DNA of 57,430 nucleotides from an uncultured bacterium (GTDB taxonomy: Bacteria > UBP14 > UBA6098 > B30-G16). The position numbers were made by a program, and so were the translations under genes. Below, in pieces: positions 28,220 to 38,203 of the stretch. Every line of letters begins with the position of its first letter. The first letter of the stretch is position 1. The notes beneath the pieces were generated by a model. The model was given only the letters and a program-made list of their open reading frames with translations. It had not been told where the DNA came from and ran no database searches. The DNA is taken from the NCBI GenBank assembly GCA_965552135.1, contig CBEVQY010000016.1, positions 1-57,430 of the forward strand. The letters run 5' to 3'.

Positions 28220-28989
28220 ATCAACGTCACCCCGATGAGTTTGTCGTCCTGGAGGATGTAGAGCTTTTCTCCGTCTGCGGCGATGTCTTCGGGCACTCCC
28301 CGCCAGGGGAGCTTTCCGCGTTTGCAGAAGGCGATGGAGTCTCCCGTTGCGACGACAAGCTCGCCGCCGCAAATCCAAACGCCCTTTACGGCTGGCGCAA
28401 GCCTCGCCTGCGCGTCGTACTCGAAGCCCGCAAGGAGCTTGCCCTCAGACGCAAGCCATATTACGGGCACCTCCGCCGCGGGCACAGACCTTGCAGCAGG
28501 ATCAACGCAGCCTTTAACGTCGCTCCACGACGCTGCGCCCACAACGACGGCATCGTCAAGTCCGCCCAAAGCGCCCGAAGCCCTGACGCTCTCAATAGGA
28601 TCACCCACCGACGAAAACCGCACGAGCATCCGCCTGAAGGGGTCAAGGAGCCAGATGTCGCCGCTTGGCGAGAGAGCCATCCGCTCGGAGTAGATATCCA
28701 CCGAAATGCGCCCGACGTACCTGAGGTGCCTGTCGAACTTTAGGATTTCGCCCCTTGTGGGGACAAGCGCATAAAGCCAAGCTCCGGAGAAGGCGATGTC
28801 GGATATTCCAGCAAGCGCCTCGCCCGCGACGCGCGATGTTTGCTCCACGACCGAGTCGCCGCGGAGGTGGAAGATCTCGCCTTCGGTTGCGGCGAAAACG
28901 CCGCCTGTAAGGTCGCTTTCAATGCCAACGGGGGGCGCCCGAAAGACGAAAAGCGTCTCCACAAGCGCTATCGCAACGGCAAGCGTCAT
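28210..28989 (-). CDS. Hypothetical protein, probable beta-propeller (NHL-like)
   Basis: Repeating DIA...LY.L blades (DIAFSGAWLYAL, MALSPSGDIWLLD, DIAADGEKLYIL); overlaps the pgsB start. Confidence 0.6.
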   Translation of the reverse strand: MTLAVAIALVETLFVFRAPPVGIESDLTGGVFAATEGEIFHLRGDSVVEQTSRVAGEALAGISDIAFSGAWLYALVPTRGEILKFDRHLRYVGRISVDIYSERMALSPSGDIWLLDPFRRMLVRFSSVGDPIESVRASGALGGLDDAVVVGAASWSDVKGCVDPAARSVPAAEVPVIWLASEGKLLAGFEYDAQARLAPAVKGVWICGGELVVATGDSIAFCKRGKLPWRGVPEDIAADGEKLYILQDDKLIGVTLIWR

Positions 28990-29007
28990 CCCTTTTAACC
29001 GCCGGGT

Positions 29008-29739
29008 TTAGCCTGTTGCTCTGGCGCGCAGGATGAGCTCCTTCATTTCGCGCGTTGCGCGCTCCATACCCACAAGCACCGCGCGGCACACAATGGAATG
29101 ACCGATGGAGAACTCCTCCACCGCCTCGATTGCCGCGACGTTTACGACGTTCTGATAGTTTAGCGCATGACCGACGGCGACGCCGAGCTTCTGCTTCGCC
29201 GCAAGGTTAGCCGCGCGCTCGAGGCGGTCGAGCTCCTCAAGCTCCTTCTCGAAGCTTTCCGCCTCGGCGTAGTGCGTCGTGTTGAGCTCGACGAAGTCGG
29301 CGCCAAGCTCGCCGGCTATGCGAACGTTCGTCTCCGTCGGATCAATGAAGATCGAAACCTCTATCTCCGCCTCCTGGAGCTTTCTTATCACCGGCTCGAG
29401 GTCTGTTGCCTCCTGCTCGAGGTTGAAGCCGCGCTCGGTCGTGTCCTCACCGCTGCGCTCGGGCACAAGCGTCACCATGTCGGGCAAAACGTCCAGGGCT
29501 ATCTTTGTCATCCCCTCGGTGGGCGCCATCTCGAGCGTGAGGTGCGTCGACACCGTTTGCCGCAGAAGGTAGAGGTCCCTGTCCTGGATGTGCCTTCTGT
29601 CGAGCCTGAGGTGCACCGTTATCCCGTCGGCGCCGCCCAGCTCCGCAAGATAAGCCGCCAAAACCGGGTCGGGGAACTTAGTCCCCCGAAGCTGGCGCAA
29701 CGTCGCAACGTGATCAACGTTTACCGAAAGCCGAGACAT
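29008..29739 (-). CDS. pdxJ: Pyridoxine 5'-phosphate synthase
   Basis: LSVNVDHVATLRQ, GITVHLR.DRRHIQ, TLVPER..E.TTE.G, GHALNY and IGHSIV. Confidence 0.96.
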   Translation of the reverse strand: MSRLSVNVDHVATLRQLRGTKFPDPVLAAYLAELGGADGITVHLRLDRRHIQDRDLYLLRQTVSTHLTLEMAPTEGMTKIALDVLPDMVTLVPERSGEDTTERGFNLEQEATDLEPVIRKLQEAEIEVSIFIDPTETNVRIAGELGADFVELNTTHYAEAESFEKELEELDRLERAANLAAKQKLGVAVGHALNYQNVVNVAAIEAVEEFSIGHSIVCRAVLVGMERATREMKELILRARATG

Positions 29740-29874
29740 CCTCTTCCCTCCTTGGAGCTTGCAACACTCAATAATCGCCGCGCCGAAAGCGCAGCGCAAG
29801 GATTTTTGCCACAGGCCGGACGCGTATCCTTGCCAAAGGGGCGAGGACCTTCACGTGGACCGCAACGGCGGCGC

Positions 29875-32184
29875 CTACGGCAGCTTGACCACGCACCAGA
29901 GCTCGACCGTGATGATGTGCTCTTCGTCGACGTGTCTGCCCGCCGAAAGCGCAGGCAGCTGCAGCATGAACCGCAGCTGCGCCGTCTGCCCCGGCGGGAG
30001 GTCTTCGGCGGCGCAGATCCCTCCGTATCCAAGGGTGTCGCCCCGGGCGAGGAGGTACCTGTTGGGCAACAGGCAATCGTCGGCGCCGTACTCGTTGAAC
30101 CACGACGTGTCCGGAACGACGCCGATCGGCAGAAAGAGAGCCGAAAGGACGTATTTGTTGCAGTAGAGGTCGTGTGGGTCGCAGGTAGATGCCCATCCGC
30201 CCTCGCACGTTGAGTAGCAGCAGTCGTGCTCGAAGGTATCCTGCTTTGCGATTCTGAGCCTAAGCTGCGCCGGCAGGTCGCCGGTGTTGCGCAGCGTTAT
30301 CTCGGGGCTTGTGGCGACCCTGTCGGAGAACATGTGGAGCGTATCGGTTCGCCACACGTTCGTCGAAAGCTCTATCCCCGCCGTGGGCAGCACGACGGGT
30401 CCGGGCTTTGCCTGCGCGGGGAACGGCACGGTCACAAGGCTGTCGGATGCGCGGAACGAGAAGGGGTGTCCTGCAAGCGTTGGCGCCAGTCCCGAGACGT
30501 GCGCCTCGAGCACAACGCCCGAGGCGAAATCGGGCGACCCATCAGCGACGGAAAGCGGAAAGGTCTCCGTCGGTTCCCATGTGCCGTCCCCGTCGGCGTC
30601 GATGAGGAGGCATGCGTTCCAGGGCGGGTCGGTGTCGGCGTCGGCGTAGACGACGCGGAAGACGAAGGCTGTGTCTCTCGTTCCCGTGTCGGGCGCGAAC
30701 GTTGGCAGCGACTCGAGCGGGGCGAGCACTGGCGGCGCGTTCGGCACGTCCGGAAAGCCCGGCGTCCCCCTGTCGAGAACGCCAGGGATAAACCCGACCG
30801 ACGCGGTGCTTGTGCGCCACGCGTCGGGCAAGGTTCCATTGGCTTCGGGCGATGCCCGCGCCATCGTCGCCCACAGGCTTTCGGCGGGGTTCACCTCGCC
30901 CGCGGGGGCAGCTCCGCCAAACCCAGCAACATCGACCCAAAACGATGTGTCGGGCGCATCCGTAACGCCGACGAAAACCCTCGAGTCGGGCATGGAGAGG
31001 TCCTCGCTTACGGCTATGGGCGCTTCCGCGACGACGGTTTGGGGGTCGCCTTGGGGTATCCGCTTGACCAAAACGCGCCCGCCCGCAGGGATCAAGCCCG
31101 TGTCCAGAACCGCGGCAAGCTCAATCTCTCCAAACGCCGTCCCCCGCCAGATGTAGAGCGGCTTTTCACGAAGTTCAAGGTCGTCTGTCCGCCTGTTCCA
31201 AAGCTCTATCCACTCGTCGGCGCTGCTTTTGGACGACCCGCACCAGCAGACCTCGTCGATGACGACGTCGCCTCTGTTCAGGTGGACGAAGAGCGTTCCT
31301 GCGGCATATACTGTGTCGGCGCCGTCGTCGAGCATTATGCGCCAGATGTACTTCTGCACGGGCTCGGTGAAGCCCGCCGGCAGCACCACCGAGACCGTAT
31401 CGCCCTCGCGCACGCCGTAGAGGGCGCAGGAATACACGGGCAGCCAGACGCCAGCCTGCCACCACACGCCCAAAACCTCGAGGGAGTCGGGGAGGTTGTC
31501 GGGGTCGCGGCAATTGAGCGCGAAGAATGCGACGTTGGAGTCGTCTTCGGCGGCGCTGGGTGCCAAAACGCCGTCCCACTGCGGCGGAACGTTCTTCACG
31601 TTGGGCGCTTTGGGCGTGCCGCGCTCAAAAGCACCGGGGTCGAAGTTGACCGTGAGGCAGGCGTGATGCCATCTCTCGGGACTTGTGCCGTCGCCAGGGG
31701 GATCGTTCCGCTCCATCGACCAGAAGACCGAGCCCGATGCGCCGCCGTACCTCCCCTCAAGCGGCGCGCCAGCGCCGTCGTCGGCAACATCGACCAAGGG
31801 CCAGCTGCTGTCGGGACCAGCGTAAAGCCTGTACTGCACGTCGGAGTTGTTGAGCACAAGATCAGGCGTCACCATATCGGGCGAAACGGCAAGCGCAGAA
31901 AGCGACGTATCGAGCCGCGAGATGAGGAAATAGCCGAAGGGCGGAAGCACGCCGGTGTCGATCACCAGCATAAGCTCGTCGTTTTTGTAGATGCTCCAGG
32001 GCGTTGCGGAGAAATCGACCGAAAGCGCAGTCATGTTGCGAAGCTCGAGGTATTCGTCGTACGGGCTGTAGGAGGTGCCCATCCACATAAGCTCGTTTAT
32101 GACCACATCGCCCAAGCTCCACGCCCGGGCAAGCGATGCTACAAAAAGCATCACAACCGCAAGATGTCGGCAAGGCGAAGACAT
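29875..32184 (-). CDS. Secreted protein with two lamin-tail domains and Ig-like domains
   Basis: Signal peptide; two LTDs (DVVINELMWMG..DEYLELRN..GTP and DVVIDEVCWCG..DEWIELWN..GTPG). Start uncertain within 32151-32229. Confidence 0.8.
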   Translation of the reverse strand: MSSPCRHLAVVMLFVASLARAWSLGDVVINELMWMGTSYSPYDEYLELRNMTALSVDFSATPWSIYKNDELMLVIDTGVLPPFGYFLISRLDTSLSALAVSPDMVTPDLVLNNSDVQYRLYAGPDSSWPLVDVADDGAGAPLEGRYGGASGSVFWSMERNDPPGDGTSPERWHHACLTVNFDPGAFERGTPKAPNVKNVPPQWDGVLAPSAAEDDSNVAFFALNCRDPDNLPDSLEVLGVWWQAGVWLPVYSCALYGVREGDTVSVVLPAGFTEPVQKYIWRIMLDDGADTVYAAGTLFVHLNRGDVVIDEVCWCGSSKSSADEWIELWNRRTDDLELREKPLYIWRGTAFGEIELAAVLDTGLIPAGGRVLVKRIPQGDPQTVVAEAPIAVSEDLSMPDSRVFVGVTDAPDTSFWVDVAGFGGAAPAGEVNPAESLWATMARASPEANGTLPDAWRTSTASVGFIPGVLDRGTPGFPDVPNAPPVLAPLESLPTFAPDTGTRDTAFVFRVVYADADTDPPWNACLLIDADGDGTWEPTETFPLSVADGSPDFASGVVLEAHVSGLAPTLAGHPFSFRASDSLVTVPFPAQAKPGPVVLPTAGIELSTNVWRTDTLHMFSDRVATSPEITLRNTGDLPAQLRLRIAKQDTFEHDCCYSTCEGGWASTCDPHDLYCNKYVLSALFLPIGVVPDTSWFNEYGADDCLLPNRYLLARGDTLGYGGICAAEDLPPGQTAQLRFMLQLPALSAGRHVDEEHIITVELWCVVKLP

Positions 32185-32278
32185 CCCAAAAGTGGAAAAT
32201 AGCGCTCTGTGGCGCTCCCACAAGCGCAACGTGGGCGCCGGGCGACAGGGAAAAAGCTCCGCGCAGGGATGGAGAAAC

Positions 32279-32626
32279 CTACTCCTCGCGAGGGATTCTC
32301 TGGAGAAACTGGCGCTTCTCCTGCTCGTATTCGGGATGCTTCCTGTTCCGAACCTTCTCGTGGTGATCCCTCAGCAGGCGCTCCATCTTATGGGAAACCT
32401 CGTCGATGGAGGCGAAGAGGTTGTTCGTCTCCGACTTTACCACGAACTTCCTGCCCGTTATCGAGATGCTGAGCTCCGCCTTCTGCCTGTGCCTCTCTGC
32501 GGTGAGGATCAGTTGCGCATCGATTATCTTGTCGTAGTAGCGGGAAAGGGGAAGGATTCTTTTTTCGGCATACTCTTGGACTTCCGGGGTGAGATCGAAG
32601 TGGCGCGCAGCGATCCTTAAATCCAT
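32279..32626 (-). CDS. hpf: Ribosome hibernation promoting factor (short HPF/RaiA)
   Basis: IAARHFDLTPEVQEYAEKRI and NLFASIDEVSHKMERLLRDHHEK; RBS upstream of ATG 32626. Confidence 0.9.
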   Translation of the reverse strand: MDLRIAARHFDLTPEVQEYAEKRILPLSRYYDKIIDAQLILTAERHRQKAELSISITGRKFVVKSETNNLFASIDEVSHKMERLLRDHHEKVRNRKHPEYEQEKRQFLQRIPREE

Positions 32627-32697
32627 ACTCCCTCTCCTTTTGTTCCCTGCACATTTATTATACCCAAGAAGGCGCCGAAAATCCAGAGAAAATTTAC

Positions 32698-32726
32698 TTG
32701 TCACCCAAAGACGAGCGGGTTATTTT
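32698..32726 (+). promoter_or_regulatory. Putative sigma70-type promoter for citrate synthase
   Basis: TTGTCA-N17-TATTTT, then the RBS AGGAGG. Confidence 0.55.
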
Positions 32727-32769
32727 GGCAATTCGGGGCGAGTGCAACCAAAAGTAAAAGGAGGAGGCT

Positions 32770-34074
32770 ATGGGTAAGCTTGTGGAGAAGCTTGCGGAGA
32801 AGATAGAGGCACATCGTCCGCGCACGGAGCGCCTTGTCACGGAATACGGCGACAAGGTCGTCTGCGACGTGACCATCCGCCAGGTGATAGGCGGGATGCG
32901 TGGCGTAAAGTGCCTCGTCACCGACATATCCTATCTCGATCCCTACGAGGGGATACGCTTTAGGGGGTACACGATCCCCGAGGTTTTGGAGAAGCTCCCC
33001 AAGCCGCCCGGCAAGGAGATGCCCTACGTTGAGGGGCACTTCTATCTTCTCCTTACCGGGGACATCCCCACGGAGGAGGATGTTCGCGAGGTTATGGCTG
33101 AGTTCAAGTCTCGTGAGCGCGTTCCGCAGTACGTATGGGATGTTCTCCGCGCCATGCCCCGCGACACGCACCCGATGACGATGTTCTCCGCCGCCATACT
33201 CGCCATGCAGCGCGAGTCGAAGTTCGCGAAGGCGTACAGGGAGGGCGTAAGCAAATACGACCTGTGGAAGCCGATGCTTGAGGACGTGCTCGAGATCCTG
33301 CCGAAGCTTCCGGTCATAGCCGCGTATATCTACAGGATGAAGTATAAGGGCGACACGCCCATCCCGCCGGACCCTGAGCTTGACTTCGGCGGCAACTTCG
33401 CCCACATGATGGGCATCGACCCGCCATACGACGACGTTATGAGGCTTTATTTCATCCTCCACTCCGACCACGAGAGCGGCAACGTGAGCGCACACACGAC
33501 CCACCTTGTAGCCTCGGCGCTTTCGGACGCATACTACGCGCTCTCAGCAGGGATGAACGGTCTTGCGGGACCCCTCCACGGCTTGGCGAACCAGGAGGTT
33601 CTGCGGTGGATCCAGGAGCTTATGAGGGAGCTTGGCGGCAAGGTCCCCACCAAGGAGGAGCTCGAGAAGTACTGCTGGGACACCCTCAACGCCGGTCGCG
33701 TCATCCCCGGCTACGGTCACGCCGTCCTGCGGAAGACCGACCCGCGATACCTGGCGCAAAGGGAGTTCTGCCTCAAGCACATGCCCGACGACGAGCTCTT
33801 CCAGGTGGTGAGCATGCTCTTCGAGGTCGTTCCGCCGATACTCCAGAAGCACGGCAAAGCCAAAAACCCCTGGCCCAACGTGGATGCGCACTCCGGCGTC
33901 ATCCAGTGGCACTACGGCGTCCGCGAATACGACTTCTACACCGTCCTCTTCGGCATAGGGCGCTCGATAGGCGTTTTGTGCAACATCACCTGGGACAGGG
34001 CGTTGGGCTACCCCATCGAGCGCCCCAAGTCGGTGACGACCGACATGCTGGAGGAGATAGCGGGGATAAAGTAG
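32770..34074 (+). CDS. gltA: Citrate (Si)-synthase, eukaryotic-like type
   Basis: GGMRG, HSDHESGNVSAH, GLAGPLHGLANQEV, PGYGHAVLRKTDPRY, PWPNVDAHSG and IERPKS. Confidence 0.96.
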   Translation: MGKLVEKLAEKIEAHRPRTERLVTEYGDKVVCDVTIRQVIGGMRGVKCLVTDISYLDPYEGIRFRGYTIPEVLEKLPKPPGKEMPYVEGHFYLLLTGDIPTEEDVREVMAEFKSRERVPQYVWDVLRAMPRDTHPMTMFSAAILAMQRESKFAKAYREGVSKYDLWKPMLEDVLEILPKLPVIAAYIYRMKYKGDTPIPPDPELDFGGNFAHMMGIDPPYDDVMRLYFILHSDHESGNVSAHTTHLVASALSDAYYALSAGMNGLAGPLHGLANQEVLRWIQELMRELGGKVPTKEELEKYCWDTLNAGRVIPGYGHAVLRKTDPRYLAQREFCLKHMPDDELFQVVSMLFEVVPPILQKHGKAKNPWPNVDAHSGVIQWHYGVREYDFYTVLFGIGRSIGVLCNITWDRALGYPIERPKSVTTDMLEEIAGIK

Positions 34075-34098
34075 CTCTTCCCGGGCTGCGGGCGATCT

Positions 34099-34123
34099 GG
34101 GGCGGCTTTTGCCGCCCCTTTTT
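34099..34123 (+). terminator. Rho-independent terminator of gltA
   Basis: Perfect 8-bp stem GGGGCGGC-TTTT-GCCGCCCC followed by TTTTT. Confidence 0.85.
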
Positions 34124-35652
34124 CATCTCTGCATCGCTTTTCGCACCACCCGCTCGGGCAGCATTGCGATGGCGAGCACAAGCTCCGCCGCCGCAAACGC
34201 CATCGCCGGCGCGAAGGCGACGGCTGCCGCAGCCGCGCGCGATACGCCAAGCTTCGGCGCCAGATCCCAGGCGCCCAAGGGCAACCCCACCGCAAAAACG
34301 GCGACCAAGGCGGGCAGGAAGAACGAAAGCCCTAAGGCGGTTTTTGCGGGGACGGCGTCTCGGTTTGGGTGCAAAAGCCACTTTCGCTGCGCCACTGTTG
34401 ACGCTGCGACGAATGTGGCGAACGCGGGCGGGAGGCATAGCACAAGCGGCGCCGACCTGCCGCAGAGAACCATCAGGACACAGCCCACCAGAAGCACCGC
34501 AGCCGTCCACGCGAAGGATGTGTACACCGCCCGCGCAAGGATCACGCGGCGCCACCTCACAGGAAGCGCAGACGCCCACAGACAGTTCCGCGTGTCGAAG
34601 GCGACGAGCTTGACCGAAAGAAGCATCTGATACTGCGACGCAAGCACCGCCGTCATAATCGTCCCGACCGCGACGGAGCGGTTTACGAAGAAGCCGAATA
34701 TGATCCCGAACGCGACGGGGTATACGACGAGCAGGAAGGTTTCGGCGTCGCGACGGATGAGCTTTCCGTCCCGCCAGGCGAACGGCTTTTTGGGGAGACG
34801 GGGGACGTCCTCGGCGCGTTTTGGCGCAGCGCGCCGCAAAAGCGGCTTCTCGAACGAAAGCCTGCGGGACATCACCCACCCGAGCCGCCACAGCGCGACG
34901 CCGGCGATCCCGAAGGCGGCGACGATCACCGGCTCGCCCCGGAAGAGCATGCTCAAAAGCTCCAGCGCTCCGCCCGCGCTTCCAACAGCCTCAAGCACCC
35001 TCCGCAGATGCTCCACGTCGCCGGCAGCTGCAGCACGACGAACGTCGCTCATCCAGCGGGGCATGAACTGCCAGATGAAAACAAACGCAAGCACGTTTAT
35101 TATCGCCGTCCACCTCGCCATGCGCCTTGCCTTCGCGCCCTGGGTCACCATCATAAGCGCCGCTGCGGCGCAAAGCCCAAGCCCCGCGGCGAAAAGACCA
35201 AAAGCCGCCACACCGAAAGGTGCTCCAACGCCTCTTGAGGCAACGATGTAGCCTGTGCACATCGGCACAAGGATCGCCAGGGGCAAAACGGCTCCCATAG
35301 CCGATGTCATCATAGCCGAAACGACCAGTGCGCCGCGGCTTATCGGCATCGTGAGGAAGTAGCGCAAGCTGCTTTGGGGGTCGAACATGTCTGCCGCAAG
35401 CGAGGGCACGAACTGCATAAGAAGGAGGGCGGTTATAAGCGCCGCCTGCGCAGCGAATATGCGCGCCGAGACGCCACCCAAAGCGCCCAGGGCGGAGTAG
35501 AAGTTGGCGTAGCTTACGGAGCTTAGCGCCAGAAACGCCGCCAGCGCAAGCCAGACCGCAACCATAAGCGCCAGCCTCGCCTGCTTCTGGCGCACAAAGC
35601 CGCGCAAAAGCATCTTCCCGCGAAAGAGCGCAAGGAGCAAAAACACCCTCAT
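34123..35652 (-). CDS. Putative ABC exporter permease
   Basis: About 509 aa with many TM helices; YFLTMPI and WASALPV loop motifs; start overlaps the ATPase stop. Confidence 0.75.
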   Translation of the reverse strand: MRVFLLLALFRGKMLLRGFVRQKQARLALMVAVWLALAAFLALSSVSYANFYSALGALGGVSARIFAAQAALITALLLMQFVPSLAADMFDPQSSLRYFLTMPISRGALVVSAMMTSAMGAVLPLAILVPMCTGYIVASRGVGAPFGVAAFGLFAAGLGLCAAAALMMVTQGAKARRMARWTAIINVLAFVFIWQFMPRWMSDVRRAAAAGDVEHLRRVLEAVGSAGGALELLSMLFRGEPVIVAAFGIAGVALWRLGWVMSRRLSFEKPLLRRAAPKRAEDVPRLPKKPFAWRDGKLIRRDAETFLLVVYPVAFGIIFGFFVNRSVAVGTIMTAVLASQYQMLLSVKLVAFDTRNCLWASALPVRWRRVILARAVYTSFAWTAAVLLVGCVLMVLCGRSAPLVLCLPPAFATFVAASTVAQRKWLLHPNRDAVPAKTALGLSFFLPALVAVFAVGLPLGAWDLAPKLGVSRAAAAAVAFAPAMAFAAAELVLAIAMLPERVVRKAMQR

Positions 35653-36404
35653 AGCTCCTCCACAAGCCTTCTTATCTCCTCCTCGTCTGCGCCGGTGAGC
35701 TGGAGGAATATCTTTTCGAGGTCGCCCTGTGTTCCCGCCTTTTGGCGCAGCTGCGCAAGAGTGCCGCAGGCTATCATCCTCCCCGATACGATGACGCCGA
35801 GCCTGTCGCACATCTTCTCCGCTATCTCGAGGATGTGCGTTGTCATAAATACGGCGGCGCCTTCGTCGGCGAGGCGGCGCAGGATGAGCTTGAGCGCACG
35901 CGCACTGTACGGATCAAGACCCGTCGTGGGCTCGTCGAGAAACAAAACTTCAGGGCGCCTCATCAAAACCGAACAGACCATAAGCTTCTGCCTCATCCCG
36001 TGGGAGTACTCGTCGATAAAGCCGTCGAGGAAGTCTATCTTCATAAGCTGGCACAGCTCGTCGACCCTCGTCCACACCGAATCGTCGCACCTGTACACCG
36101 CCGCAACAAACTGCAGGAACTCCCAACCCCTTATGTTTCGGAACGTCGGCGGCTCCTCGGGCACAACGCCTATGCGCCTTTTTATCTCAAGCTCCGCGCT
36201 GTCGTAGCTCATACCGAGGATTTCAACCTCGCCCTCGTCGGGCAGGAGGGTTCCCGTAAGCATCCTTATCGTCGTCGTCTTCCCTGCGCCGTTGGGACCC
36301 AGAAAGCCGAAGATCTCTCCGCGGCGGACCGCAAGCGAAACGCCGTCTACGGCAACGACGTCGCCGAAGCTTTTGCGAAGACCCTTAGCGACAACGGCGT
36401 CCAA
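35649..36404 (-). CDS. ABC transporter ATP-binding protein
   Basis: GPNGAGKTT, YSHGMRQK, LFLDEPTTGLDP and TTH. Confidence 0.95.
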   Translation of the reverse strand: MDAVVAKGLRKSFGDVVAVDGVSLAVRRGEIFGFLGPNGAGKTTTIRMLTGTLLPDEGEVEILGMSYDSAELEIKRRIGVVPEEPPTFRNIRGWEFLQFVAAVYRCDDSVWTRVDELCQLMKIDFLDGFIDEYSHGMRQKLMVCSVLMRRPEVLFLDEPTTGLDPYSARALKLILRRLADEGAAVFMTTHILEIAEKMCDRLGVIVSGRMIACGTLAQLRQKAGTQGDLEKIFLQLTGADEEEIRRLVEEL

Positions 36405-36418
36405 CGTAGATGCCTCCT

Positions 36419-38203
36419 TCAGGGTGTGTAAACTACGGGCTCACACCCGAACTCGCCGGCGAGCTTGTCGTTGTACAGGTCGGCTACGGCGCCAACGACA
36501 TCTATAAGATGCAGTACCTCGCTTTCCTCAAGATACGGCAGGGGTCGCACCGTTCCAACCGAGAAGGCGTTGTCCTTGATGAAGAACTTTGCCGGTCCCG
36601 TCTGCGCAAGCTCGTTTTCGCGCAGCAGGAACAGCGCGGCGTTGACGAGCTTATCCCGCTCGGACGGCAGGACGGCTATCGGCGCGTGGATGAAAAGGAG
36701 CACGTCGCCCCCGGTCGGAACAAGCTCCACGTAAAGGTAGGCGTCGCCGCGGTGCAGAAACCAAACGAACCCCCCCGTCTCCCTCTCGACCGTTGGGTTT
36801 TTGACGCCAAGCTTTCGCAGGGCGTTGTTCAGGAGCGCGATGAAGTCGGCGAGGGTCCTTGTGTCCTCGCCCTGTATTATGGCTCGCGCGCCCCCCGAGA
36901 TGGGCTCTATGAGGTTCTTCTCGTAGGTTATAATGAAGTCCCGCCTCACAAGAACGACGATTACAAGCGCGAACACAGCCGCGGCGAACTCCTTCTTTCT
37001 GCGCACGGCGTCTGCGCCGAACGCCACAGCGGCAAGAAGGGAGAAAAGCACAACAAGCACGAACGCGGGCTTCAGCGTGACGAATGCGCCCAGGCCCCAG
37101 GCAGTAAGTCGGCTTATGGTTCCCGTTGTGAACCACGACCAGATGCCCCACATAAACTGCGCCACAACCACAACGGCAATCGCGGCGGCGCGAACCCACC
37201 TGCGCCAGCGAAGCACCTCGTCGCGGATGAAGGTCAAGGATGCGGGTATCACCACGGGGAAAAGCGGGGCGAGCATCCTGCCTGTGTCGGTGGCAGCCAG
37301 CGTGGGAAGTGTGAGGACAACGAACCAGATCGATTTCCTCACGAGTTCGTGGCTTTTCTTCCACCCCAGCGCCGCCAGGAACCAGAGCGCCCCCCACGTG
37401 TCTACTATCTCCTGGAGGAGTCCACGTACGCCGCCCTTGGCGGGCAGATGCGCCAACAGGTTCTGTCTGATGTATCCCCAAAATCCCGCGGGCGGCTGCG
37501 GACCCACATAGGGCGGAAGGACACCCCTCACGCGCACCGCAGCGAAAAGCGCTAAGGCAGGAAGCGAGACCAAAAGGGTCCTTTTTAAAGCGGAGGACCA
37601 CGAAAGACCCTCCGCCGACCTGCGGTAAACCAGGTGAACGATGCTCAAAAGAAGCGCCGTCTCCCTGTTCAGAACACCCAAGGCGAGCACGAGCGAAAAC
37701 CAAAGGTCCCTCCCGCGCAGGATCACAAGAAAGCCAAGCACGCAAAAAAGGAGCGACAGGTGGTCGACGTTAAGAAGCATCCAGTGGTAGTATACGCCCA
37801 GGTACGAGAACCAGAAGAAGACGATCCCCAAAAGCGCGAGCCCGAACGAAAAGCCGAGGGCACTAAGCAGCACGAAGAGGAGAAAGGACGCAAGAATGAT
37901 GGAGATCTCGTTTATGATCCTGAAGCCTTTTGTGTGGTCTTTGAAGAGGGACGCCAGAGCTGGCGTCAGGATTCTGAACCTGAACGGCGGGGGGACGTCC
38001 GAGAAATCCCCGAGCGACATATTGACGTAGTGGATCGAGTCTCCGCGCACAGCGTCCCTTGCCGGCACAAGCGCCGCCAGAGAGAACCAGAGGAGGAGCG
38101 TGAGCGCGAAAGCCACCGCATATCGGGTGGGTGCTCCGACGACGTTTCGCCGCTCATCGCAGGCTCCGCCCGCGCGCGCCGTCCTGTGATCCGAAAAACT
38201 CAC
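36419..38203 (-). CDS. GT-C-like polytopic membrane protein fused to a C-terminal YbjN/CesT-like domain
   Basis: GDSIHY, PPFRFRILTP, NVD and GVLNRE in the membrane part. The last ~130 aa show the chaperone-type pattern LLRENEL...AKFFI...V.AVADLYNDKLAGEFG. Confidence 0.6.
   Translation of the reverse strand: MSFSDHRTARAGGACDERRNVVGAPTRYAVAFALTLLLWFSLAALVPARDAVRGDSIHYVNMSLGDFSDVPPPFRFRILTPALASLFKDHTKGFRIINEISIILASFLLFVLLSALGFSFGLALLGIVFFWFSYLGVYYHWMLLNVDHLSLLFCVLGFLVILRGRDLWFSLVLALGVLNRETALLLSIVHLVYRRSAEGLSWSSALKRTLLVSLPALALFAAVRVRGVLPPYVGPQPPAGFWGYIRQNLLAHLPAKGGVRGLLQEIVDTWGALWFLAALGWKKSHELVRKSIWFVVLTLPTLAATDTGRMLAPLFPVVIPASLTFIRDEVLRWRRWVRAAAIAVVVVAQFMWGIWSWFTTGTISRLTAWGLGAFVTLKPAFVLVVLFSLLAAVAFGADAVRRKKEFAAAVFALVIVVLVRRDFIITYEKNLIEPISGGARAIIQGEDTRTLADFIALLNNALRKLGVKNPTVERETGGFVWFLHRGDAYLYVELVPTGGDVLLFIHAPIAVLPSERDKLVNAALFLLRENELAQTGPAKFFIKDNAFSVGTVRPLPYLEESEVLHLIDVVGAVADLYNDKLAGEFGCEPVVYTP

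Noticed and set aside
30226..32202. Long antisense ORFs (30226-32202, 17380-18870, 42522-44027, 21331-22083 and similar)
   Set aside because: They lie opposite well-supported genes, have no motifs, and are expected in GC-rich DNA.
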